In this document: piece after piece, positions 37,224 through 49,850 of the stretch | How positions within the stretch are numbered: position 1 is the first letter of the stretch | Layout of the letters: each line of letters starts with the position of its first letter | NCBI GenBank assembly: GCA_015680685.1 | Contig: MNCI01000405.1 | Coordinates: forward strand, 131,955-195,954 | Direction of reading: 5' to 3' | DNA: 64,000 bases | From: Gnetum montanum | Lineage: Eukaryota > Plantae > Gnetophyta | The notes under the pieces: model-generated | Seen by the model: only the letters and a program-made list of their open reading frames with translations | Told to the model about the DNA's origin: nothing | Databases searched by the model: none | Program-made: the position numbers and the translations under genes

Positions 37224-40200
37224 TTTGAGCAAGAGATGGAAATCCATCGCGAACTTTCCATGCCTTTAACGTTAGCAGGGCCACAAGGCAAGCTCGCGAG
37301 ACAGTTAGACCCCAACATGATCGACTGGGGGTTGACCACAACTAGCACTATAGCAGCCTTAGAAGCATCCCTAGACTGGCCCAAGCATCTGGTCCAAGCC
37401 CTAGACTTAAAAGCTAGGGATGTAACTGAGGACCCTCTCGTCGAGATGCCTATGACCACGTCAAAGAGGAAGGTGAAAACGTTAAGACTTAGCTCCCTCC
37501 TAGACACACAAATACACAAAAACATAGCCAAGATTCTGCAAGATAACATCGATGTCTTTGCATGGTCATACAACGACATGCCAGGTTTGGATCCACAGCT
37601 GATTCAGCACAACATCGTCCTAGACCCACACATGAAGGCAATCAAGCAGAAGGCTCGCAAAGTTAAATAAAAAATCGCACTAGCCGTGAGGGATGAAATC
37701 ACCAAGCTATACCAAGTAGGTTTCATCCATGCAGTTAACTATTCAAAGTGGGTGTCCAACATTGTTGTCGTTTTAAAGAAAATGGGAGGAATATAGATTT
37801 GTATAGAATTACGGAATTTGAATAAGGCAACGATCAAGGATAACTTTCCACTTCCAAGCATCAATCAGCTCATTAACACCATGACTAGTCATGCTCTACT
37901 ATCCTTCATGGATGATTTCTTCGGATACAACCAAATCCACATTAACCCAAAGCACCAGCTGTCAACAACCTTCATGACCCCATGGGGGACCTTTTGCTAC
38001 ACCATGATGCCCTTCGGGATCAAGAATGCTGGAGCAACCTACCAGCAATCCATGACTTATATTTTCAGTGACTACATCCTAGAAACATTAAATGACTACG
38101 TGGATGATATAGCAGTCAAGTCCAAGGAGGCAGCTAATCACCCAAGTGATCTAGGGGTAGTCCTCAAATGCTGCGAAATGCACGACTTATGCCTCAATCC
38201 TAAGAAGTGCATCTTCGGGGTAAAAAATGGATGCATGTTAGGGTTCGTAGTATTGGAGGCTAGAATACAGGTGGACCCTGACAAATTCAAGGCCATCATC
38301 AACTTGGCGCCTCCCAAAAACCTTAAGGAGCTACGTGGTTTGCAAGGTATGGTATAGTTCATTCGAAGGTTTAGAGCAAGGTTGACTGATAAGTTACACC
38401 CCATGCACACCCCATGCAACATCTTCTAAAGAAAGGGATTAACTTCAAGTGGACAACCCAGTGTCAACAAGCCTTTGACGACCTCAAGAACAAACTCTCA
38501 CACCTCCCGACTATGCATTCGCCACAAAGGGATAAACCCTTCTTTATCTACCTCGCCACCTCTGACACATCTGTCGCAGCACTGCTATGTTAGAAGCAAG
38601 ATGATAGTTCTAAGATACCAGTGTATTATCTGAGTCATGCACTAATAGCGCATGAGGTAAAATACAACAAAGTGGAGAGGAATTTCCTGGCCTTAGTGTT
38701 CACACTAAAAAAGTGATGGCATTACCTATTCCGCAACACAACCAACATCATTTGCAAAAGCAATATACTCCAAGCTATCACTAACAACCTCTAAAAAAGT
38801 AAGAGGATAGCCCGATGGAAGGCAATAACCATGGAGTTCGATTTACACTATGTAAGTCAATCGTCAATAAAGGGTCAAGCCATAGTGACCCAACTCACAG
38901 CCTTGCCAGTCGATGACCAGGCAACCATAGACCCTAAATTCTTGGATGAATACATTAGCAATGTCAATATCGTTCTATTGCATTTCAAAGCCACCTTACA
39001 CTTCGATGGTGCCTCAACCACGTGAGGAGGTAGCACCACTGCCATCATCATGTTCCCCTTTGGGGAAATGCATCCATCCACTTATTGTTTTGTGTTCCTT
39101 GCACCAACAATGTGGTAGAATATGAGGGGCTACTCAGAGGCCTCTTAACTGCCCAAGCATCACACATACAACACCTGGAAATCCAAGGAGATTCACAACT
39201 AGTCATGAATCAAATCACCGAGGTCTACGCCTGCAAGGCTAAGCACCTGCAATCCTACTACTACCTAGCAAAAATATTGCTTAAGAAATTTGCAACCACA
39301 GGTGTGCAACACGTGCCACGCAACAAGAACATTGTGGCAGATGCCTTAGCTACCTTTATGTTAAACATTCCATAAAATTCCTTGGCAAACCTACCAACCT
39401 CGATTATAGAATGCATAGAGCCTATCTCTCAGGTGGAACACATGGCCTCTGTTAGTGCTGTGGATACCTAGGAGTGGTATGCCAACATTAAAACGTATCT
39501 ACAACATGGCGAACCCCCAACTGGATTAACATCTACCCAAAGAGATGTAATCCGTAAGCGTGCTCGACAATACGTGCTCATGGGAAATGACGTCCTGTGT
39601 CAACGTTCCTACAACGGGATATTGCTGGCATGCGTGGATGGCGAGTAGGTGCAAAAGGTAGTTAATGAAGTTCATGAGGGGCTTTGCGGTGGACACATAG
39701 CACCTAGGGCTATGGCTGTAAAAATTAGACCCCTAGGGTACTACTGGCTCCACATGGAGTGTGACTTCCTGTCGAAATTCAAGACGTGCGACACATGCTA
39801 GAGATATGAAAATCTCATACACATAGCACTTGCAGACCTGCACCCAATGCAAATCACGTGGCCCTTCCAATGATGGGGATTAGACCTCATAGGGCCTATC
39901 ACATCTAAGTCCTCTGCAGGGCATAGTTTCATCATCACCACCATTGAGTATTTCACTAAGTGGGTGAAAGCTATCCCCCTAAGGAAGATGACGTCTCAGC
40001 AAATCTGCCATTTCATCCTAGACAACATCGTAACAAGATTCGAGCTTCCAATGACTATTGTGATCAACAATGGGCCACAATTCAATAGTACAGAAACCTG
40101 AACCTTCTACAACAATCTAGGCATTAAGAAATCATTCTCTTCCCCCTATTATTCATAGGTGAATGGGCAGGCAGAGGCTACAAATAAGTTTATCATCAAC

Positions 40201-40712
40201 TTGCTGAAGCGGATGCTTAATGACAACAAGAGGTGGTGGCACGAGCAAATCCTCAACGTCCTATGGGCCTACCGAACGACGTGCAGGACTGTAACACGAC
40301 CCCTTATAGCCTTGTTTATGGATTTGAAGTTGTGTTACCTCTTGAGTTGCAGGTACCATCACTCCAAATGATTCTATCCAATGCTGTGAGTGAAGCCTAG
40401 AACAATGAGTTGCGGATCATTGACCTTGACTCAATAGAAGAGGAGCATGCATAGACGCTGAGACGCATTGAGCACTACCAAAGCAAGTAGCAGTAGAAGC
40501 ACCATGCAGACCTGCATCAACGGCTAGTACAAAAGGCAGACCTCATCCTCAAGGCCATTTGTGAGCACATGAGAAAATTCTCAGCCAACTAGGAAGGTCG
40601 TTACGTAGTCACAAAAGCCTTCGAGAATGGAGCCTTTAAGCTAGCAAACATGGACGACAACGAGTTCACCAACCCAGTGAATTACTCGTACCTCAAGTTG
40701 TACTACGTCTGA
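37224..40712 (+). pseudogene. pol: pol: RT - RNase H - aRNase H - integrase
   Basis: DVFAWSYNDMPGLDP; MPFGIKNAGATYQ; DYVDDI; aRH FDGAS..NNVVEYEGL..GDSQLV..NIVADALA; INT HEGLCGGH..CDTC, GLDLIGP, NGQAEATNK; 11-bp tandem duplication frameshift at 38396-38417 plus stops. Confidence 0.95.
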
Positions 40713-40733
40713 ATCACAATGGTAGCCATCACT

Positions 40734-40955
40734 GTCCGCTACGACAATAAACTGACAACAACACCAAGCAGCATCTATAATGACGTTAAACTAGCAGCAC
40801 CGAGCAGTGTCCGCAATGATGTTAAACTAGTGGCATCAAGCACCATTCGCTATGATGAAAAACTAGCACGGCTCATCCGCTACGATGTTAAACTAGCATG
40901 TACGATTTTCTGGGACCTTAAACCACCACAGCAGTCCACTGGGACCTTAAACCAA
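40734..40955 (+). repeat. Tandem cluster of the same RTC-N6-GAY-..AAACTAG motif after the pol stop (~7 copies)
   Basis: GTCCGCAATGATGTTAAACTAG, ATCCGCTACGATGTTAAACTAG, ATCTATAATGACGTTAAACTAG etc., ~27-39 bp spacing. Confidence 0.85.
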
Positions 40956-41996
40956 CACACGGTCTAGCAATTCCTTGAATTGGGTTCACGTCACATCCCT
41001 AGCGTGCATCTACGTCAAGTACACATCGAATGATCATGCACTGTGCTGACGTGTGGGTGGGACATCGCAACTCCAAAACATAGTTCACGATGCAACGAGA
41101 AAGCGATTTGGGACACATGCGATGCCACCACCCTTGGCATCATGCTCACCCTCCAGAGATGTTGTCTGGCATTATACTGGCCCTTTGGACCTACCATCAC
41201 CATGACCCACCACCCTGATGGTAGTTCCTTGGCTATTTCTCGCAACTAGAGTTCCAACAGTATTGTGGCCTACCCACAATATCGTTACTCTCCAACCCCC
41301 TACTAATGCCTCAGCTCGCATGACGTTCAGCTATGTGGTAGCTGATCCCATAGCTAAACTGAGAGTGCATTCCTTTGGTAGGGATTCTAGAGCATCCGCA
41401 CTCACAACAACTCCTGGCACCATAGAGGCCAACTCCTCCGCGTTGATGTTGTCAAGGCCATTACTGGCCTTCCTACTTTGGATACTATGCAGTAGCACGG
41501 GTGTCTAAGAGCTTCAACAATGTCTGCAGCTAGAAAGACCTTTGCCCTTGCTGGCCGAGGATGCATCTTGTTACAATAGTAAGTGCTACGGCACCGTGAA
41601 GCGAGTGTCTCGACTAGCTCAATTACTTCAGAGTACAAATTCCATGATGTGCGTAACACAACTTGCTGTATGGAAAGCATATGTAGGCAGGTCAAAACCC
41701 TTCATGGATGTAACACAACTGATCATGCAAAGGAAACACCTATCCTACGAGAGGTTGAAGAACAGTGCTAGCCAAAGATGAAAACGCGAAAGAGTCCCTC
41801 ATGAGCACTCCGATGAGGGACTCTACTAAACATCATCTTTTCTCTCTGCCTTAACCTCTGCAAAACCAATGCAACACTCTCAAGTGTAGCTAAGCGATGT
41901 CTCGGAAATTACCAAGTGGCAACATTAGCATCGTGCCTTCCATAGTGGTTCGTTTTCTTTGTCAACATCTCTTGAGCCCGTCCTCCAGACGTCGAC

Positions 41997-42005
41997 AAAG
42001 AGGGG
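41997..42005 (+). other. Polypurine tract of Tat element
   Basis: AAAGAGGGG followed by CCAA and the LTR-initial TG. Confidence 0.85.
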
Positions 42006-42009
42006 CCAA

Positions 42010-43614
42010 TGAAACAACCTAAAAAATTCAAAGTCATTCTCGCTTCACCAGGCCTTGCAATTCACGCAGCACCATGAAAGTTCTTCAAGAGGAGAATGTT
42101 CTGAATTCAAGCTAGCTAGTTCGGAAAATTTTCTACGTTTGATGTAAACAAGCTCTACAGATCATCCTGTCTATCCACCTAAGTAGTGTGCTGAGTTGAA
42201 AACCTACTCAGAAACAATGTGCGGAGTTGACAGTAGCACTCAAGATGCACGAAATAGTTTGACAAGTTTTCTAAGTCACAAAGTCTACTATGCTACGCTA
42301 TGCCCCACTATGTAGCATAGTAAGCTTCAGAAAATAATTACAGAATGAAGTACCATGCTATTCTACATAGTGTAGCGTAGCATGGCAATAGCTATATAAC
42401 CAGTTCGCTCGCTCAACTTCAAGTTCTTCAACAATGTCCCTTTCCATCAGGAAGCAGCAGACCATGTCTGTTGCTACGCTGCACTGAACTGCATGGCGTA
42501 GCGAGGCGTAGCAATCCTACGAAAGAGATAGAAGATAACTCAAAGGGTAGAATTAGCAAGTTTGCAAGTCTCGCAACATAGGAAGCAAATTTTACAAATT
42601 GGAAAACTTTTCGTGACTAAGGCCTGTTGCTACGCTACGTAGCATAGCATAGCATAGCAAGCATGCAACACACATGTAGTAGAATACATGACAAGGTGCT
42701 ACGCTACACCAAGCATGCTATGCTACAAAGCACAGCAAGACGTGCAGGTGGTTGTGCGACATCAATGCACTTCACCTAATTGGACCGTTGGCACACGTCT
42801 CTAGACACTGACGATGCAATTACAGCATAGCAGGCTCACAGTTACGGCATGGCAGGCTCACATTACAACAGTAATGTAAGTCCAACGGTCATGCATGGCA
42901 CATGCAGCACAAGAAAATCAACGTGGGCCCAAGGCATGCGGTGTCCAAACAACCCCTTTCATGTGCCCTTGGTCCTATAAATACCCCAATGAGTAGCATT
43001 CAAAGGGTTTGAACTTTTCCAGATTCTTTGACTTTCCTTCTCTTTGGCACTCAAGTTCTCCCCCCGGCACATTGTAACATCAAGCATTATAAGCTTTCTG
43101 TTTGACACTGCAAACAATTAGCATTTTTAGCTGGCACTTTGTTCCATCCCCCTTCTACCACCTTGGTAGAATCCTCGCATTGTCAACACCTAAGTCCATG
43201 CCCAAGCGCACAACCTGTTTTTCTCTACACGTCCTGGTTACTCTCGAGATCTCCGCACTCCACCACGCTGTGCAACCGAGTATATCCACCTTGATAGAGC
43301 AAACTTGTGGCTTTGGAGTGGTGCATTTTTCTAATTGCATTTTACTTTGTTTTCTTGTTATTTTTATGTTTGGCATTGTTTTCTGCTTTATTTACTTTCA
43401 AGCATTACTTTGCATTTTCGTTCTCATTTTCAAAACTATATGTTGCAAAAGGCTATATAGATGCTAATTAAGTCCCTGTCTGATCGACCAGACCATTTAG
43501 GGTGCCCCGTATCTGCTCACAACCAGCACAGCCCATCCACGGATATGGGGTTGACATTGTCGTGCCCGCCAACCCCTCGGTGTTTTCCAGATGTTAACAT
43601 TTTTGGTCACTACA
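42010..43614 (+). repeat. 3' LTR of Tat element (1,605 bp)
   Basis: Starts TGAAACA after the PPT, ends ACTACA before the ATCAT TSD; carries a ~21-bp tandem duplication near 42820-42865 absent from the 5' LTR. Confidence 0.95.
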
Positions 43615-46600
43615 ATCATCAACATCATTTTGTTGAGAAAGATAATTAATTGCTTACAAAACAACTCCCCCTCCCCTCTCTAGCATAGCTCTTGCTAGTG
43701 AATCCAACAAAGTTGGTTTTACCAACATCAAAAAGTCTTACATTTTTTGAAGTGTAGTGTACACCCCTATCATTGTAACTTGCACTACACCTATAGGTGT
43801 AGTTTCCATCATTTTCCAACCATACCCCTCTTACACCTTGGGCAATTTAACTTGTTGGAATTTTTGTTTAATTTAGTAAAAATTAAATTAAACACCCCCA
43901 CCATTCCCCCTTTATCAAACTACCCAACATAGTTTTGGTGAACCAATTACATTTCCATTACCCCACAGACCCTAGTGTTTCTTTTCAAGATACCTAGTGT
44001 ATAATTTGAAAAATAACATTTTTTCTTGGTTACACAACAAAACCCATTGTAGTTTCCATAAAGGGAAAATACATGAACATCCCTTAAAAATGCAAACCAA
44101 AAACTTGATCTTTTTATCAATGGCATATTTTTGGAAAAATACTAGTCTAATTCATGGAAAAACACTAGTCTAATTTACTTGAGCTATGGAAAAATGTTAA
44201 TGGATATCCACATCTTCCTCTAAGTGAACCACAAATCCTAGAAATTACATTTGATAAGATAGAATACATAGCAATGATTAAAGATTGCATTAAATCCCAC
44301 ATTAAGGTGTGGTAAAAGGTGATATAAAATCTTTAGGAAAATGATAAGCAAGAGTGGAATGAAAAATTAAACTAATAGAAAACTATTTTAGAAAATTTAG
44401 AATATTTCTAGGAGAGAGTATTATGTAGGGATGCTATTATAGAGCATTTTTGGCTATGAACTATTTAGCTAGATATTGTGAGTCCAGGAGTAGACATTGA
44501 AGAAACTCAAGGGGAGGAACAGGAAGCAACATGTGTTGGGTTAAGGAATAAGAGACCAAAGAGGTTGTTTAATTTATTTAATGATATTATCAATGGAATG
44601 ATGCTTTTGGTTGGGCTAGGGGATGGAAATGAAGAAGACATTATATGGGTGGTAGAGCAAAAAACATGGAATCAAGGGATGACATTATAACAAACATAAG
44701 AGTGGATTGGTTTGTACCAAAATTAGGAGTAAAGAACAAATGGATGGATTATGAATTGATATATAATCCAAGGGATAATGAGGTTAGAACAATGAAACCT
44801 AGTTCAATGGTTTATGCATGGATGAGCAAAAAAGAAGATGAAAAAAAGATAAGACTAAATAAGAAAGAAAATTGATAGACAAAGACATGTTGTGCCAATC
44901 AAAGAAAGAAAATGCTAATGCTTATTATATGAATATAATTAGATATGAATAGAATGATATGTGAATATAACAAAAGCTCCTTGTACATTCCTTATTTTTG
45001 ATTAAAAGGAATATTTTGATAGAAAGGATTAGACTAACTATATTGAAGTTTCTATTAATATGTTCTTAGTATGAATGAAAATAGTGGAATGGTACAAATT
45101 TATTATTCTCAATTAAAAATTAGTAATTTGAACATATATTTTCATGTATGAAGAGATTATTACTCATTGTTCAAAAATTTAATAATTTTAAAAAATCAAA
45201 AAGTAAAGGTACATTCCAAATATAACAAAAATCTCCCTATAAAAATATTGATCCATAAAGTCAAGAGGAAGACCCAACAATCTCAATGGAAGAGCTCTCT
45301 AAAACTTTGTCAACTCTGATTATAGACTTGGAGCAAGTTACTAGAAAGAAGATTGCTACACTAAAGGGTTTCATGAAAAGAAAAGAGTTAGAAAATCAGT
45401 AGCTTAAAAAAGAGAATGCTAGATTAGCAAAATGAAATAAAGAGCTCAAGATTAAGAAGGAGATCAAAGAATCAATCATTAAAGATAAAGTGTATTAGAT
45501 TAAAAGCAAGAAAGAGTTGAACCAAAGGATGCAGTAAGAGCTCCAAAAGGCAAAGTTAAAATCTAGCATTGATTTTTCTTTCATTCAGGACATTAGATTC
45601 TATGATCTTATGGCATAACTAAAAGATCTAAAAGTTAAATTTTCTTTAATCCAAGAGAAAGTGAGCTATGTTAAAGCTCAAGGTCCTACTTATGACCATG
45701 TTTTAGATAAAGGAAAAATTCTGGAAAATAAAGCTAGAGAGTTGAAGAGGAATTTATCATCGATTGAGGTGGAGTTATTAGATGGGTTAATGATGGTAGC
45801 AGTGAAGGCTATTGGGGAGGCTCATAAATCCAAAACAACTTTTGAAGATAAAATGATTAAATTAAGTGAGTATAAGGGAAAGATGAAAAAAAAAATAGTT
45901 TGAGTGATAACAAACTCTAACATCATTGAGCACAACACTAAAGATATCATAGCCAAAGTTAAGAATCCAAATAAAGGATCATAGAATGAAGTGTTCAAAG
46001 TTATCTTTGAATTTGGTAAAATCCACAAGAAACTTGAGTTTGGTAATTAGTTATTCAATAAAATTAATTTGGTCTAGTATCTTGATGCATTTGGCTTTTG
46101 TGAGGATACAATCAAAAAACTATTTTTCCAATTTCCAGTCAATTAATCTTGAATTTCTTATAACTAATTTATGCCTCAAAAACTATAATAGGTTGAGACA
46201 TGTTAATTATAAAGGAGAGAGGCGAGGGAGCTAGGAGGAACTAACACTTGGATATTAGAGAAATATTTTTGTACAATTACATTTTAAGTTGAAACTTGAT
46301 TCAACTCATTTACTTCTATTTAGCGAATTATCTTTATTTTTCTACTTTATCATAGTTGCTTAACTAGTAGTCAAGATTATAGTATGACTTGCAACTTGTT
46401 TCTTGCAATTTTTTAATTGCTTGTTTGAGCAAAGGATTTAGCAATTTTTGATATTATTGATGGATTCAAAAAACTTCATTTTCCAAAGTATTTACTCATG
46501 TCAATGGTAGCTTGTCTTCAATGTTTAAGATTTTATGTAATTTTACTATTTTATTTTTATGAATCCATTGAATCTTACTCTATTTATAGTTTTTCTCATG

Positions 46601-48893
46601 GAACTTTCTCTCTAGAAGAGATTTGTGATAGATCTGTTGAATTACACTTAAGCATTAAACAAAACGATGATTTGTACATGTAGCATATGATTGAGATTAC
46701 ATAGACTAAGTAGCTATGATATAGGTGGAAGTTTATTTACCTACAAAATAAAGTATAAGAGGTGAGTATTTTCATAAAATTAAAATTTTTTTAAGCTCCC
46801 AAAATAAAATATTATGAAATTTATACTAAATATTAGTTCAAAACATTTAGTTCTCTACAACCACTAAGTTTATTTGAAGGAATCTAGGCCTTGATGTTTC
46901 TAGAAACTAGCAAATACCTAAACTTGAGTTTTTGAAAGAGCTCTCAGTCTTGTGATTATTACTTCAAGGAGGAGATAAATGTTGACATTAAATAAACCTT
47001 TTCCCCACCCATAGTTTCTTGTCACTAGGAAAGGAATAAATTATCAATGGTAGCCCTAAGTTTATGCCAACTCTATACAAACAACAAACATATGACTCTA
47101 AAAATATATCAAAATAAAATGATGATGATGATGGAGGAACACAAAAAATAATCCAACAAGTCCAAATGACTAAAATATTCAACATGGTTTAACAATAAAC
47201 TCAAAGATCATTTCTAGGAACCTACCAATCTCAAAAGTAGTCCATTGGTATCAAACATTATCCAAGGATGTCAAAAGATGTTAAACTAACTTCAAACTAT
47301 AAGAATATATTGAAAATAGTAAAAATTCAAAACCATAATTTCATTATGGTTCATGATGGTTGACCATGGTCTTGCTACAATCTAGCTATGACTTGTGATT
47401 TACATAGAGTTTCAAGTTTAGTTGTTAAATAAAGAGAATAATACTTTTTCTCTAATAACAGCTTGATCATGACTTGAATATCACTTGTGATGTTAGACCA
47501 TTACCTAACCTTGATTCATGGTTGGTCATAAATGATCTAAAATATCTTAGAATTACAAAAATATTATGAAATAATTATCTATAACTTCACTCTAACTTGT
47601 GGTGGAATACCACGACTAGATCATGAGTAGTGGTATTATAAGTTTCACAACCTCAAAAAAAAATATAATTCTAAAGGTATAAGCTAATCATTATATTATA
47701 ATAATTCATGTTAGAAGATCATGATCTAACCACTACTCATGATCTATATTAATAATTTCACCAACAATGTATGGTTAAACTATGATTTTCGCACAAAATT
47801 TAAGATGGAAGAAAATTTATATAAAACAACAACCAATAATTCTAGAATAGATAGGGAATGAAGACAAGAAGTCATACACCTCATAATTAAGGATAAATGC
47901 ACGAAATAATAGATTATATGAAAAATGATTCAAACAATTACAAATTATAAAAATTTAACAAAATACTAAAAATTTGAAATTCAACAGAATAAAAAAAACT
48001 TATATGGATTTGAGGTAAGATGAACATTATCGTAAAAAAATATGACATGTACCTATGGCACCCATGATTAAAATGATTCTGATATTAAATTCTTCAAAAT
48101 CCAAATTTTTATAATATCATTAGAAATTAGCAAATTTAAAAGTAAGTCCCAACCTATATATTAATTACATATGAATCATAAGATTTCAGCCAAAATCAAA
48201 TCATGCTACTAATTTACAAAACTTGAGAAGATTGAATAAATCATGTGAAAATGTCAAGAAGCATCACCCAAATATTAAGAAGCATAAAGTTAACAGGAAC
48301 ATGTATGAACTCACCTAGACACACATGAATCATAGGTACAACTATCCCACAACACTCTAACAATATCACCATAAGACTCCAATTTAGCAATGCTTTCATG
48401 TTAATGTATAATGGATTTCAATAGTGCTTAAAATAATAGAATGTGGGATACTTAATGAAAATATCCAAGAATAATAATTCCAAAAACTAAAATTATAATT
48501 TAAGAAATTTACTACTACTTCTCATTCAACTCATGTAGACATTCCAAAATGCTAATAAAAATATATCATGAAAATTTTTAATTTAAACAACACATATCAT
48601 ACTATACATTTAAATTATAAAATATTACACATAAAAACTAACCATGTCATTTACATGTCACCATGTCTTCACCATAGCCATCATGAATGCATATCATAAT
48701 CATTGATGAGATTAGCATACATGAACTAAATATAAATTAATAGTGTATAAAATCAAATAAAGATTAACATGAAATATAATGTTGGAAATCAAAACTAACA
48801 TGCATAGCGAAAAGGCGTAACACTTAGAACCAAAAGTATCAATGGAATATATATGAATAAGGTAATCATGCTATCTAGAAAATATGTTGTTAC

Positions 48894-49850
48894 ATGTTCC
48901 CCTTTTAGAATCTTCCTCTAGTAAGATCTCAGGACACAATAATCTCTTATTAGACTCAAACTTTGCAGTAGATTCTTAAGAATCATGACGAATCAATAAG
49001 ACTATCGTAATCAAAATGACCATTTTCTTGAATTAATACTCCATCCAATCCATGATCTTAATAGAACACTTTAGATATGTAGCATTAGCTTGAAGCTATA
49101 CTTTGGTCCATTCGACAACCTGACCATCATCCATAACATACCTTGAAAGCATGGTGATATGAAAGACATCTTACATGCTAGCAAGCTATGAAGGAAAACT
49201 TGTGTGATAAGGCATCTCTCCTATGCATCAAAGCATATTGAATGATACATTGTAACAAGATGAAATTTCATATTTTGTGCTAAAAAAGATCATATCCTTT
49301 AGTGAAGAGATACAAATAAACATCTTATTAACAACTATAAAATCAAGAGGTCTTCTTCCATGGTTTGCATACATATCTTGCAAATTTGAGCTACTTTGAG
49401 TTAATTTTTAATCTCCTTAATCTCATCTAACATACATAAAACTATATCCAAATTAATTTGCTACTTATCCTCCATCATATCCCAATACAAGGAAGTTTTG
49501 CAAGGCTTACCATACAAGACCTCATATGGTTTTACTCTTAAACTAGCTTGGTAGTTGTTATTATAAGAAAATTCAGCCAATGATAATAGTATATTCTAAC
49601 TATCTAAAAATCACAAAGCATAATTCTAACATAGATCCTTTAAAAAAAGGATAAGTCTTTCAACCCTTTCTTATATTTATGGATGATACACTTATTCCTT
49701 TGAAATTATTCTTTCATAACCCTATAAAAGCAACTTCATAAATCAGATGTTAATTATGTAATCCATAGTGTAAATGATCTTTGGAATGACATAACCCATG
49801 ATATATCAATGATTGTGAACTAAAGTACCATAAACATTCAATCGAGTATG
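48894..49850 (-). mobile_element. Tekay-like Gypsy integrase C-terminus, chromodomain, PPT and start of 3' LTR
   Basis: Minus strand SYNNNYQASLRVKPYEVLYGKPC, DVFHITMLSRYV, chromodomain-like tail, then AAAAGGGGAACA|TGTAAC at 48894. Confidence 0.85.

Larger units (their letters stand above)
25527..43614 (+). mobile_element. Full-length Ty3/Gypsy Tat-clade (Ogre/Retand-like) LTR retrotransposon, 18,088 bp, decayed
   Basis: Paired TG...CA LTRs; identical 5-bp flanks ATCAT at 25522-25526 and 43615-43619; PBS, PPT; gag-PR, RT (YVDD), RH, second RNase H (aRH) then INT, the RH-aRH-INT order of Tat/Ogre/Retand lineages. Confidence 0.96.

Noticed and set aside
40734-40955. CRISPR-like repeat-spacer array
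   Set aside because: Eukaryotic TE context, degenerate repeats, very short irregular spacers, no cas genes.
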